Shown: one piece after another, positions 55,988 to 64,000 of the stretch | Layout: each line of letters begins with the position of its first letter | Numbering within the stretch: the stretch's first letter is position 1 | NCBI GenBank assembly: GCA_030602615.1 | Contig: JAUVZM010000005.1 | Coordinates: forward strand, 5,094-69,093 | DNA from: a bacterium | Lineage (GTDB): Bacteria; Armatimonadota; Zipacnadia; Zipacnadales; Zipacnadaceae | Reading direction: 5' to 3' | Length of the DNA: 64,000 bases | Translations under genes and position numbers: made by a program | The notes under the pieces: model-generated | Seen by the model: only the letters and a program-made list of their open reading frames with translations | Told to the model about the DNA's origin: nothing | Database searches by the model: none

Positions 55988-57040
55988 TCAAGCGATTTCG
56001 ATAATCCGCTCGGCGACCTCTTCGGGGGTCACCAGCATCCCGCCAGTGCGGCCGAACAACTCCACCGGGCAGGCCCCTGCAACAGCCAGGCGAACATCCT
56101 CAATGAATTGCCCCATTGACAGCTCCACTACCAGGACCTTGTCCACGCGCTGGGCCCAGTCAGCAATGACCTCAGTCGGGAACGGAAAGAGGCTGATGGG
56201 CCGGATTAGCCGGCAGGCCACGCCCGCCTCAGCAGCGTGCTCAATTGCGGTCTGGCAAATCCGCGCCGAGATTCCATAGGCACAAACCAGAATTTCCGGG
56301 TCATCGGCGCCATGCTCGGTCCAGCGGGTCTCATTCTGAGCCGCCTCCCGGTAGCGTTGCTGAATGCGCAGGTTGACCTCTTCCATAACCGGCGGGTCGG
56401 TCCACAGCGAGTTGACGATGTTGCGCTGGCGGCCTTTCTGGTCCCCGCCCACCGCCCACGAAGGCTTCTCTTCCGGAGGATCGAGGCGATCGCGCAGCGC
56501 ACACGGCTCGCGCATACTGGCCAGGACCGCATCAGCTAAGATCATCACCGGATTGCGGTACTTCTGCGCGATGGGAAAGGCCTGCCCGACGAGGTCATAG
56601 ATCTCCTGGACACTGAACGGTGCGAAAGTCAGGCAGCGCCCGTCCCCGTGGCCCGCTCCCCGCGTTGCCAGCCAGTAGTCGGATTGGGCCGGCGCGATGT
56701 TGCCCAGCCCCGGTCCCCCCCGGGCCATGTTGACCAACACACAGGGCAGCTCCGCGCCGATCATATAGGAAAGGCCCTCCTGCATCAGGGAAATACCCGG
56801 CGACGAGGAGGTGGTCATCGCCCAGGCGCCGGTGGCCGCCGCCCCGTAGACCATATTTATGGCAGCAACTTCACTCTCGGCCTGGATGTAGACGCCGCCG
56901 ATTGGCGGCAAGTGCTCCGACATATACTCTGGAATCCTATTCTGCGGGGTAATCGGATAGCCGAAGAAATAGCGACAACCGCCGGCAATTGCTCCCTCGG
57001 CGGCTGCCTCATTGCCGGTAATAAGCTGACGCTCAGGCAT
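55988..57040 (-). CDS. porA: 2-oxoacid:ferredoxin oxidoreductase, alpha subunit
   Basis: POR alpha-subunit conservation (GYPITP, GGPG) is present and the gene overlaps the delta-subunit stop. Confidence 0.85.
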   Translation of the reverse strand: MPERQLITGNEAAAEGAIAGGCRYFFGYPITPQNRIPEYMSEHLPPIGGVYIQAESEVAAINMVYGAAATGAWAMTTSSSPGISLMQEGLSYMIGAELPCVLVNMARGGPGLGNIAPAQSDYWLATRGAGHGDGRCLTFAPFSVQEIYDLVGQAFPIAQKYRNPVMILADAVLASMREPCALRDRLDPPEEKPSWAVGGDQKGRQRNIVNSLWTDPPVMEEVNLRIQQRYREAAQNETRWTEHGADDPEILVCAYGISARICQTAIEHAAEAGVACRLIRPISLFPFPTEVIADWAQRVDKVLVVELSMGQFIEDVRLAVAGACPVELFGRTGGMLVTPEEVAERIIEIA

Positions 57041-57263
57041 TGGCTTCCGCCTCCACCTTCACGCGGTAGATCTCGATACAAACATCCGGGCACATCAGCA
57101 CACACATCTGGCAGCCGGTGCAGTCTTCCTCACTGATTATACAGGCCGGGTGATAGCCGGCTTCGTTCATATCAGAACTCAGCTCGATATTATCCTGGGG
57201 ACAAAACTCCACACACAACCCGCAGCCCTTGCAGCGCTGCTGGTCAATAACCAGGCGAAACAT
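57033..57263 (-). CDS. porD: 2-oxoacid:ferredoxin oxidoreductase, delta subunit (2x[4Fe-4S] ferredoxin)
   Basis: CKGCGLCVEFCP and CTGCQMCVLMCP are present. The chosen start is ATG at 57263 with AGGAG 6 nt upstream. The ORF-track upstream extension is judged unlikely. Confidence 0.75.
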   Translation of the reverse strand: MFRLVIDQQRCKGCGLCVEFCPQDNIELSSDMNEAGYHPACIISEEDCTGCQMCVLMCPDVCIEIYRVKVEAEANA

Positions 57264-57297
57264 AAGATCTCCTGACTTTACTGGCACACACAAACAG

Positions 57298-58194
57298 CTA
57301 TCGCTCCAGCCCCCAGCGCAGCTTAGTATGTAATCTCTCGAAGAAAGAACTTTGATCAAGACGCACCAGTTGGGCTTTGAAAGGCGCCTTTTGGATCACT
57401 ACCAGGTCTTCGGAGGTGACTTCAACATCTTCTTGCCCATCCACGCTCAACCGCACGGTCACCGGCTCGTCATAGCGCTGCTCGACTTTGACGGTAACCA
57501 CCGAATCATCGTCTACGATGAGGGGCCGCAAATAGAGAGTGTGAGGACAGATGGGCGTGAGAATAAGGCAATCCAAATCGGGATCCACCAGCGGCCCGCC
57601 TGCTGACAGGTTGTAAGCAGTCGAGCCCGTGGGAGTAGCCACAATCAAGCCGTCGGCAGGATAGACGGCGACGCGCTCGCCGTCCACGTGCGTATCCAGC
57701 CGGGTCATCCAGCGGGGATATACCCTCGAGATAACCGCATCATTAAGCCCAAAGAACCGGCTGGTGACCTCAGCACCTCGCTGCACCTCTACAGCCAACA
57801 TCAGCCGCTGCTGGATATGATACCCGCCGGCCAGCAACTGGTCTACGCGGTCGAGCACCATCGCCGGCTGGACGGCAGCCAAAAAACCAAAACTGCCCAA
57901 ATCGACTCCCAGCAACGGGACTTGCGCAGGCCCGGCCAGGCGCGCTACCCTCAGCAGTAGCCCGTCGCCCCCCATCACGATTACCATGTCTGCCTGGGCT
58001 ACCAACTCTTCCCGCGGCCGCTGTTCATAGCCGCCTGGACAGCTCTGGGCTGTATTGGGGTCCAGCAGAACCTCAACTTCGGCCTCGTGCAGCTTGGCAA
58101 TCAGTGGCTCAGCAAACTCCCGCAGCCCCGGGCGCTGCTGGCCGCTGACCAGGCCTACTGTCTTGAGGTTTGTAAGCTCCGCCGCGAGGCTCAT
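57298..58194 (-). CDS. nadK: NAD kinase
   Basis: The motifs GGDGLLL and NDAVI..., PTGSTAYNLSAGGP are present. Confidence 0.85.
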   Translation of the reverse strand: MSLAAELTNLKTVGLVSGQQRPGLREFAEPLIAKLHEAEVEVLLDPNTAQSCPGGYEQRPREELVAQADMVIVMGGDGLLLRVARLAGPAQVPLLGVDLGSFGFLAAVQPAMVLDRVDQLLAGGYHIQQRLMLAVEVQRGAEVTSRFFGLNDAVISRVYPRWMTRLDTHVDGERVAVYPADGLIVATPTGSTAYNLSAGGPLVDPDLDCLILTPICPHTLYLRPLIVDDDSVVTVKVEQRYDEPVTVRLSVDGQEDVEVTSEDLVVIQKAPFKAQLVRLDQSSFFERLHTKLRWGLER

Positions 58195-59657
58195 TAACTG
58201 GGTTCTGACTCCTCTTTTGGCTCAAGCCGCTCTAGATTCTCCTGGGCCGGCTGATAATTTGGGTTGATCTGTAGCGCTCGCTGGTACTGCTGACGGGCTT
58301 CGTCCAGCTTGCCCTGGCGCTGGTATGCAGCTCCCAGATTGTTGACGGCATAGACATACTGAGGATCGCTCTTCAATGCCGCTTTGAAATGGACAATCGC
58401 TTCGGTTACGTCCTGGCGATCCAGGAATATCAAGCCAATATTGTTGTGCGCCTCGGCGTTGTCAGGAGCAAGTTTGAGAACCTGCAGATACTCAGCCAGC
58501 GCCTCAGACTTGCTTCCTCGGTCGTAGTAGGCATTGGCCAGGCCCAGGCGCACCTGGAAGCTATCGGGAAACCTTTGGGTCGCCAACTGCCACTGCACCA
58601 GCGCCTCGGCGTCTTTTCCCGCCTTGGCCAGCGACCAGGCCAGATTCAGATGGGCAACTTCCCAACGAGGCCCGCGCTTGATAGCCTCGCGAAATGTCGT
58701 GCTAGCCTGCTCGTAGTTGCCCTGCTGGAACTGGGCCCAGCCCAGATTAATCAGACAGTTGACATTGCCAGCCTCAATGGCCAGCGCCTGTTCGTAGGCC
58801 GCTTCAGCCTGCTGGTACTGCTGCCGGGCAGCCAGAGCCAGACCCAGATTATACTGGGCGACAAAATCATCGGGAGTAGCTTGCGCCGCCTGCTGGAGAT
58901 GACTGACTACCTCCGTGTAGCGCTGCACATTGTACAGCGCCGTGCCCAGACCAAGATGAGCATTTGGGAGGTCAGCATCTATGGCGAGGGCCGCCTGATA
59001 GGCATCTATGGCCGCCTCATTGTCGCCCGACTTGAGATACAGCGAGCCGAGCGTGCTCAGGACGGCGGTATTTTGTGGCTGTATTTTGCGGGCGGCCTCG
59101 TATTCGCGGATCGCTTTGGCTGTCTCCCCGGCTCTTTGCAGGGCATAACCAAAGTTTATGTGCGCCTCCGGGTCATTAGGACTTACCTCAAGGGCACGAC
59201 TGTACTCATTGAAGGCCACCACAAACTTGCCCTGGCGAGCCATCAGGTTCGCCAGATTGTAATGAGCGTCAAAGTAGTTGGAAGTGATTTCCAGGGCTTT
59301 GCGGTAGCTTTCCTCAGCCTGCTCAAACTTGCCGACCTCAGCGTAGGCATTGCCCAGGTTGTTGTATATCACGTGCGATCCTTCACTGCGAGCAGCCGCC
59401 TGCTCCAGACACTGAATAGCCCGCTGGATGTCGCCGAGCTGCAGCGAGACCGTCCCGCACCAGGCCAAAACCACCGGATCGTTGGGCACCAGGCCCAAAG
59501 CTGCCTCGAAAGCCGCTTTGGCACCAGCGAGATCACCGGCTTCGTACAGCTCCAGGCCGCGCTGGAAGTCATCGGGGCTTGATTGCTGGGCGTAACTGAC
59601 ACTAGCAACCAGCGCCACGACCACAATTACTACCGCGACGTTCAAATGCATTTTCAT
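58194..59657 (-). CDS. secreted TPR-repeat protein
   Basis: A signal peptide MKMHLNVAVVIVVVALVASVSYA precedes more than 10 TPR units. The start is taken at ATG 59657. Confidence 0.7.
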   Translation of the reverse strand: MKMHLNVAVVIVVVALVASVSYAQQSSPDDFQRGLELYEAGDLAGAKAAFEAALGLVPNDPVVLAWCGTVSLQLGDIQRAIQCLEQAAARSEGSHVIYNNLGNAYAEVGKFEQAEESYRKALEITSNYFDAHYNLANLMARQGKFVVAFNEYSRALEVSPNDPEAHINFGYALQRAGETAKAIREYEAARKIQPQNTAVLSTLGSLYLKSGDNEAAIDAYQAALAIDADLPNAHLGLGTALYNVQRYTEVVSHLQQAAQATPDDFVAQYNLGLALAARQQYQQAEAAYEQALAIEAGNVNCLINLGWAQFQQGNYEQASTTFREAIKRGPRWEVAHLNLAWSLAKAGKDAEALVQWQLATQRFPDSFQVRLGLANAYYDRGSKSEALAEYLQVLKLAPDNAEAHNNIGLIFLDRQDVTEAIVHFKAALKSDPQYVYAVNNLGAAYQRQGKLDEARQQYQRALQINPNYQPAQENLERLEPKEESEPS

Positions 59658-59704
59658 TTCTCTGGCACCCCCATTATAAGGTTCAGTTGCACTGGACTGG
59701 AAAT

Positions 59705-61606
59705 CTATTTGCTGACGTAGGCGACGTCCACACTGCGGCACAGCTTGCCCGCAGCCTGCACGATCGCCTCAGTATCTATGCCCACATCGGCGCGCAGGCG
59801 CTCGACATCCCCGAAGGTAATAAATTCATCGGGTATCCCCAGGCGAGCCAGTCCTACATCCTCCAAGCCGCAGTCATTGAGCAACTCGGCTACCCCCGAG
59901 CCGAATCCGCCCGCTCTAGCATTGTCTTCTACTGTTATAATTGCCCCAATTTCTTGGGCAAGGCTGATAATTAAATCTTCATCCAGCGGCTTGACAAAAC
60001 GAGCATCAACAACAGTAGCATCAATGCCCTGCTTACTGAGGACTTCCGCTGCCTCCAGAGCCGCCGAAACACAATCGCCCACGGCAACTACTGCTATATC
60101 ATTCCCCTCGCGGCGCACTTTGGCCTTCCCCGCAGGCAACGGCTCCAGCGGCACCTGCCAATCGGCCCCAGGCCCGCAGCCACGGGGATAGCGCAGCGCA
60201 GCCGGACTGTCGAGCGTCAGGGCTGTCGCCAGCATACGGCGCAGCTCCGCTTTGTCCGACGGGGCCATCACCGTCATATTAGGGATATGGCGCAGATAGC
60301 TCAAATCGAAAAGGCCGTGGTGGGTCGGGCCATCCGCACCTACGAGGCCAGCCCGGTCTACCGCAAAGATCACGGGAAGATTCTGCAGGGCCACATCGTG
60401 AATGATCTGGTCATAGCTGCGCTGCAAGAAGGTAGAATATATGGTCACAATCGGCCTCATGCCCGCGGCCGCCAGTCCCGCCGCATAGGTGACGGCGTGT
60501 TCTTCTGCCATGCCCACATCGAAGCAGCGGCCTGGGAAGAGCTTCTTGAACTGGTCCAGCCCGGTTCCGTCGAGCATGGCCGCTGAGATAGCCACAATTC
60601 GCTCGTCGTCTTCGGCCAACTCGCAGACCGTCTGACCTAACACCTCACTGAAAGTAGGCTGCTGGCGCGAGGAAACGGTCTCGCCATTTTCCGGTAGAAA
60701 TGGACTGGTACCGTGGAAGCGCCGCGGATTATCTTCCGCCGGCTCATAGCCCCGGCCTTTTTGCGTCAGCAGATGAACCAGGACTGGTCCCTTAAGGCGC
60801 ACAGCATGCTTAAACAAACTACTCATATGAGCTATATTGTGGCCATCAATGGGACCCAAATAAGTGAAGCCAAACTGCTCGAAGAGCATCCCCGGCACGA
60901 CAAGTTGCTTGATCCCCAGCTTGATTCGGTCCAAAGCGTGGACCATATCCTCGCCCATCGGAATATGCCGCAGCAGGCGCAGAGCATCTTCGCGCGCCCG
61001 CCGGCCAGCCGGGTGTAGCGTCGCCCGCAGCGTGGCTAGATAGCCGGACATCGCCCCAACATTGTGACTGATGCTCATTTCATTATCATTTAGCACAACC
61101 AGCAGATCGCGCTGCTGCTCGCCGGCTTGATTGAGCGCCTCCAGAGCCAGACCACCGGTAAGAGCACCGTCGCCGATAACTGCGACAATGGTCTCATCCT
61201 CACCACGCAGGTCGCGGGCGGTGGCGAAGCCCAGGGCCGCAGAGATGGACGTACTGCCATGACCGGCCCCGAACGGATCGTGCGGACTCTCCTGGCGGCT
61301 GGTAAAGCCGGAAAGCCCTCCATACTGACGCAGATTAGCAAACTCTTTCTGGCGGTCGGTCAGCAGTTTGTGGGTATAACACTGATGTCCGACGTCCCAG
61401 ATAATCTTATCGGCAGGCGAGTTAAGCTCGCGGTGCAGGGCAATGGTCAGCTCCACTGTCCCCAGGTTGGGAGCCAGATGCCCGCCGGTCCGAGCGGTAG
61501 TCTCGATGATCCGCTCGCGGATTTCTCCAGCCAGAGTGTGCAACTGACTTAGCGACAGCGATTTCAGGTCAGCCGGCGATTGTATATCGTCCAAAAGCTC
61601 ACTCAT
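59705..61606 (-). CDS. dxs: 1-deoxy-D-xylulose-5-phosphate synthase
   Basis: The TPP-binding GDG motif, transketolase-like domains and full-length DXS conservation are present. Confidence 0.9.
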   Translation of the reverse strand: MSELLDDIQSPADLKSLSLSQLHTLAGEIRERIIETTARTGGHLAPNLGTVELTIALHRELNSPADKIIWDVGHQCYTHKLLTDRQKEFANLRQYGGLSGFTSRQESPHDPFGAGHGSTSISAALGFATARDLRGEDETIVAVIGDGALTGGLALEALNQAGEQQRDLLVVLNDNEMSISHNVGAMSGYLATLRATLHPAGRRAREDALRLLRHIPMGEDMVHALDRIKLGIKQLVVPGMLFEQFGFTYLGPIDGHNIAHMSSLFKHAVRLKGPVLVHLLTQKGRGYEPAEDNPRRFHGTSPFLPENGETVSSRQQPTFSEVLGQTVCELAEDDERIVAISAAMLDGTGLDQFKKLFPGRCFDVGMAEEHAVTYAAGLAAAGMRPIVTIYSTFLQRSYDQIIHDVALQNLPVIFAVDRAGLVGADGPTHHGLFDLSYLRHIPNMTVMAPSDKAELRRMLATALTLDSPAALRYPRGCGPGADWQVPLEPLPAGKAKVRREGNDIAVVAVGDCVSAALEAAEVLSKQGIDATVVDARFVKPLDEDLIISLAQEIGAIITVEDNARAGGFGSGVAELLNDCGLEDVGLARLGIPDEFITFGDVERLRADVGIDTEAIVQAAGKLCRSVDVAYVSK

Positions 61607-61613
61607 AGTTCAG

Positions 61614-61847
61614 CTACTCAAAGAGCGACTCTTCCTCCTGTTCGGACTCCTCATCAGGGACATATTCTTCAATCTTGGCCTCGGCCTCGCTCAGCCGGCG
61701 CTCACACAGTTGCTTCAGAGCCATACCTCTCTGAAACTTTTCCACAGCTTCCTCCAGGGACAACTCGCCTTCTTCCAGCTCTGCGACAATCTCTTCGAGC
61801 TGAGTTAGAGCTTCCTCGAACTTCAGGTCTTCCCCAGATTCTTCCAT
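61614..61847 (-). CDS. xseB: exodeoxyribonuclease VII small subunit
   Basis: The sequence FEEALTQLEEIVAELEEGELSLEEAVEKFQRGMAL is XseB-like. The gene lies directly downstream of xseA. Confidence 0.8.
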   Translation of the reverse strand: MEESGEDLKFEEALTQLEEIVAELEEGELSLEEAVEKFQRGMALKQLCERRLSEAEAKIEEYVPDEESEQEEESLFE

Positions 61848-61866
61848 GATGATATCCTAACCGGCC

Positions 61867-63075
61867 TTAGTTGGCGCTGACCTTGGTAACATCAGCGAAT
61901 ATGTCCCCGTCGGTTACCGTCACCCGCACCGGCTCACTTCGCTGCACTGCCGCGACCGACTTGACCACAGCCCCATCGCGTCCTCGCTGGCAGATGGCGT
62001 AGCCCCGCTCCAATACCGCTGTGGGGCTCAGCGCCGTCAGGGCCGTGCCTGCCTTCTCCAGCCGACGGTCATGCTCAGAAACCAGGTCATCGAGCTCCCT
62101 ACTCAGTAGAACAATTCCCTCATCGAGCCGCTGCTGCCAGGGCTCGAGCATTATCTGGGGCTGACGCATTGTCGGGCGGTCGGCGACGGCAGCGAGCCGG
62201 TCGCTAGCTCGTTGCAGCCGGCTCAGCACGCCGCCTCGCAGCCGCTTGCCCGCGACCACCAGATTATCAAGAAGTTCTCGCTGATCGGGCACCACCATCT
62301 CGGCTGCCTCCGAGGGCGTGGCGGCGCGGGCGTCAGCAACATAGTCAGCGATGGTAAAATCTGTCTCGTGACCGACAGCGCTGATCACGGGAATCGGGCA
62401 GGCAAAAATAGCTCGGGCCACTGCTTCTTCGTTGAACGCCCACAGATCTTCCAGCGACCCTCCACCACGCCCGACAATGATCACATCCAGTTCCTCATGG
62501 CGGCCGGCCGCCTGCAGGGACTGCACGATGCTGGGAGCGGCTGCCTCTCCCTGGACTACTGTAGGAAACTGCACAATCTTGGCCCGCGGATAGCGGCGGG
62601 TCATTATGCGAATCATATCCTGGACGGCCGCCCCGGTTGGCGAGGTGCATATCCCAACAGCTCGCGGGAAGAGCGGCAACGGACGTTTGCGGGCGGGCTC
62701 AAACAGACCTTCCGCCTCCAGCCTCGCCTTGAGTTCTTCCAGACGCGCTGCCAGTTCCCCAGCGCCGTCAGGTCGCATAAACCGCACAATTAGCTGGTAG
62801 CGCCCGGCCCGCTCATAGACTGTGACATTGCCGCGCGCCACTACCTGCATGCCCTCTTCGGGGGCAAAATCCAGGCTCTGGGCGGCGCGACGAAAACAGA
62901 CACAGCTAAGCTGGCTATCCTCATCTTTCAGTGAGAAGTACAGATGGCCGGAGCGGTGGCTGGTGAAGTTGGATATCTCGCCACGTACCACCATCTGCTG
63001 GAGCACTTCGTCGCGATCCAGCAACTGCTTGACGTACGCGGTCACCTCAGAGACACTAAGGATAGCTTCTTGCAT
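61867..63075 (-). CDS. xseA: exodeoxyribonuclease VII large subunit
   Basis: An N-terminal OB-fold (LSVSEVTAYVKQLL...) is followed by the catalytic domain. The start is taken at ATG 63075, with 63090 as an alternative. Confidence 0.85.
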   Translation of the reverse strand: MQEAILSVSEVTAYVKQLLDRDEVLQQMVVRGEISNFTSHRSGHLYFSLKDEDSQLSCVCFRRAAQSLDFAPEEGMQVVARGNVTVYERAGRYQLIVRFMRPDGAGELAARLEELKARLEAEGLFEPARKRPLPLFPRAVGICTSPTGAAVQDMIRIMTRRYPRAKIVQFPTVVQGEAAAPSIVQSLQAAGRHEELDVIIVGRGGGSLEDLWAFNEEAVARAIFACPIPVISAVGHETDFTIADYVADARAATPSEAAEMVVPDQRELLDNLVVAGKRLRGGVLSRLQRASDRLAAVADRPTMRQPQIMLEPWQQRLDEGIVLLSRELDDLVSEHDRRLEKAGTALTALSPTAVLERGYAICQRGRDGAVVKSVAAVQRSEPVRVTVTDGDIFADVTKVSAN

Positions 63076-63152
63076 GTTAGAAGAATGCATCCTCAGACTA
63101 TTTACACCCACTCTGTGCCGGGTGGCCCATCTCTGTTCTGCCCACCGGGCAA

Positions 63153-63650
63153 TTAGCTGACTTCTTCAACCTGTTCCCGGGCCACTGCGCCCAGAATGCC
63201 GTTAATGAACTTGCTGGAGTCTTCGGTCCCGTATTCCTTAGCCAGTTCGACAGCCTCGTCAATAGTAACACTGATCGGGACCTCGGGCACATAAAGCATC
63301 TCGGCCAGAGCCATGCGCAGAATGTTGCGATCCACCGCTGGCATCCGCGCCAGCGCCCAGCCCTCTGAATACTGGCTGATTAGTTCATCTATTGGGATCG
63401 AGTGGGCATAATATTGCTCAGCTAAGCGGCGGCTATAATCTTCAATCTCTGCGCCGAGCTTTTCCAGCTCATCGCCGTCGAGGTTCCACTGCTCGATCAG
63501 CATGCCCAGGATGGCTCGAGCTTGCTTGAAAACCTGGTCGGAGCCTTGCCCGCTGATATCCCCAGCAAAGACTAATGCCAAGCACAGTTCCCGCGCCCGC
63601 CGCCGGGCGCCAATCTGACTTGTCCGCGACGTTCCAGGGAGGTCGGGCAT
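63153..63650 (-). CDS. nusB: transcription antitermination factor NusB
   Basis: ARELALQ-like N-terminal and NusB C-terminal conservation is present (EYGTEDSSKFINGILGAV). The start is near 63650 at MPDLPG. The ORF-track upstream extension is judged unlikely. Confidence 0.8.
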   Translation of the reverse strand: MPDLPGTSRTSQIGARRRARELCLALVFAGDISGQGSDQVFKQARAILGMLIEQWNLDGDELEKLGAEIEDYSRRLAEQYYAHSIPIDELISQYSEGWALARMPAVDRNILRMALAEMLYVPEVPISVTIDEAVELAKEYGTEDSSKFINGILGAVAREQVEEVS

Positions 63651-63684
63651 ACCATACCTCTTACTTACCAGAGGCCGGCGCCGG

Positions 63685-63912
63685 TCAGCCTCGCTCAGAC
63701 CAGGGCCAAGTGGCGTCGCCGGCCACATAGAATCTGCCGACCACTGCCCCCAATACTGTGAGGAGTAACACGAATAGACCGGCGGCAGCTCCGCTGACAA
63801 CAAAGATAATCCCAATGCCCAGTCCAAATACCGCACCAATGATGGTGGCTACCACGGTGATGAGGGTATCAACCCATGCCGGTGACTCATTGGACTTTTC
63901 TGAACCTTTCAT
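63685..63912 (-). CDS. hypothetical small membrane protein (2 transmembrane helices)
   Basis: The 75-aa ORF has two hydrophobic helices and sits upstream of nusB. No family was recognised. Confidence 0.3.
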   Translation of the reverse strand: MKGSEKSNESPAWVDTLITVVATIIGAVFGLGIGIIFVVSGAAAGLFVLLLTVLGAVVGRFYVAGDATWPWSERG

Positions 63913-64000
63913 AGTAGCTGACCTCCTTCATCTAATCCATACGCCGTTCGACAAAACTAATATCCACTTCCCCGCGCCGGAAATAGGCATTGCCCAGAAT

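Noticed and set aside
63590-63610. Apparent one-base discrepancy between my manual codon count and the ORF-track NusB translation (GARRRAREL)
   Set aside because: This is most likely a hand-counting slip across a line break in a GC-repeat (ccgcccgcc). The computed track is trusted, so no frameshift is claimed.
1-64000. tRNA, rRNA, CRISPR arrays, integrases or transposases, PEP-CTERM cargo
   Set aside because: Intergenic regions were scanned for tRNA T-arm and acceptor patterns and for direct-repeat arrays, and none was seen. No recombinase-like ORF was found. No ORF ends with a PEP-TM-basic tail.

Overview
This is a high-GC (~60-62%) bacterial chromosomal segment with dense, mostly syntenic housekeeping content. 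No tRNA, rRNA, CRISPR array or obvious mobile element was found.

The recognisable genes, in order:
- rny (C-terminal part), ymdB, spoVS
- an exosortase/EpsI operon flanked by two GT-C (family 39/ArnT-like) glycosyltransferases and a zinc-ribbon membrane protein
- lnt, a truncated aminotransferase remnant, secD, secF
- a tandem universal stress protein
- an SLH-domain outer-membrane porin (OmpM/Slp-like) with a collagen-like Gly-X-Y stalk, preceded by a frameshifted remnant of a paralog
- an ECF sigma factor, its anti-sigma factor, and a STAS anti-sigma antagonist
- a PHP phosphoesterase overlapping a MrfA/YprA-like DEAH helicase with a DUF1998 zinc finger
- tatC, a roadblock/LC7 protein, rfbB, a lower-GC orphan gene, purN
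- an ArsR/SmtB repressor followed by an unannotated 40-aa Cys-rich metallothionein-like ORF with a perfect intrinsic terminator
- a sulfide-assimilation cluster: NIL-ferredoxin, DUF39 homocysteine synthesis protein, a tandem Cys-rich protein, a His-type Thi4 thiazole synthase behind a TPP riboswitch, a UPF0280/ApbE-like protein, and a thioredoxin lipoprotein
- rnhA, two Gfo/Idh/MocA oxidoreductases, a CN-hydrolase, cspA, hpf, a ClC channel, a sugar-phosphate isomerase, rbsK
- a 2088-aa tandem-fused double UvrA with an uncharacterised C-terminal domain, translationally coupled to a CBM9-like protein
- an MDR oxidoreductase, a porDABG-type 2-oxoacid:ferredoxin oxidoreductase operon, nadK, a TPR protein, dxs, xseB, xseA, nusB

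The mix of SLH porin, Lnt and lipoprotein signals, SpoVS, sulfide-dependent enzymes and a 2-oxoacid:ferredoxin oxidoreductase suggests, by inference, an anaerobic diderm with SLH-tethered outer membrane. No lineage can be assigned from this window alone.

The most notable candidates are the double UvrA plus CBM9-like pair, the ArsR plus hidden Cys-rich microprotein, the exosortase-GT-C operon with no PEP-CTERM substrate nearby, the sulfide-dependent cofactor and amino-acid cluster with its riboswitch, and the helicase-DUF1998 plus PHP module.
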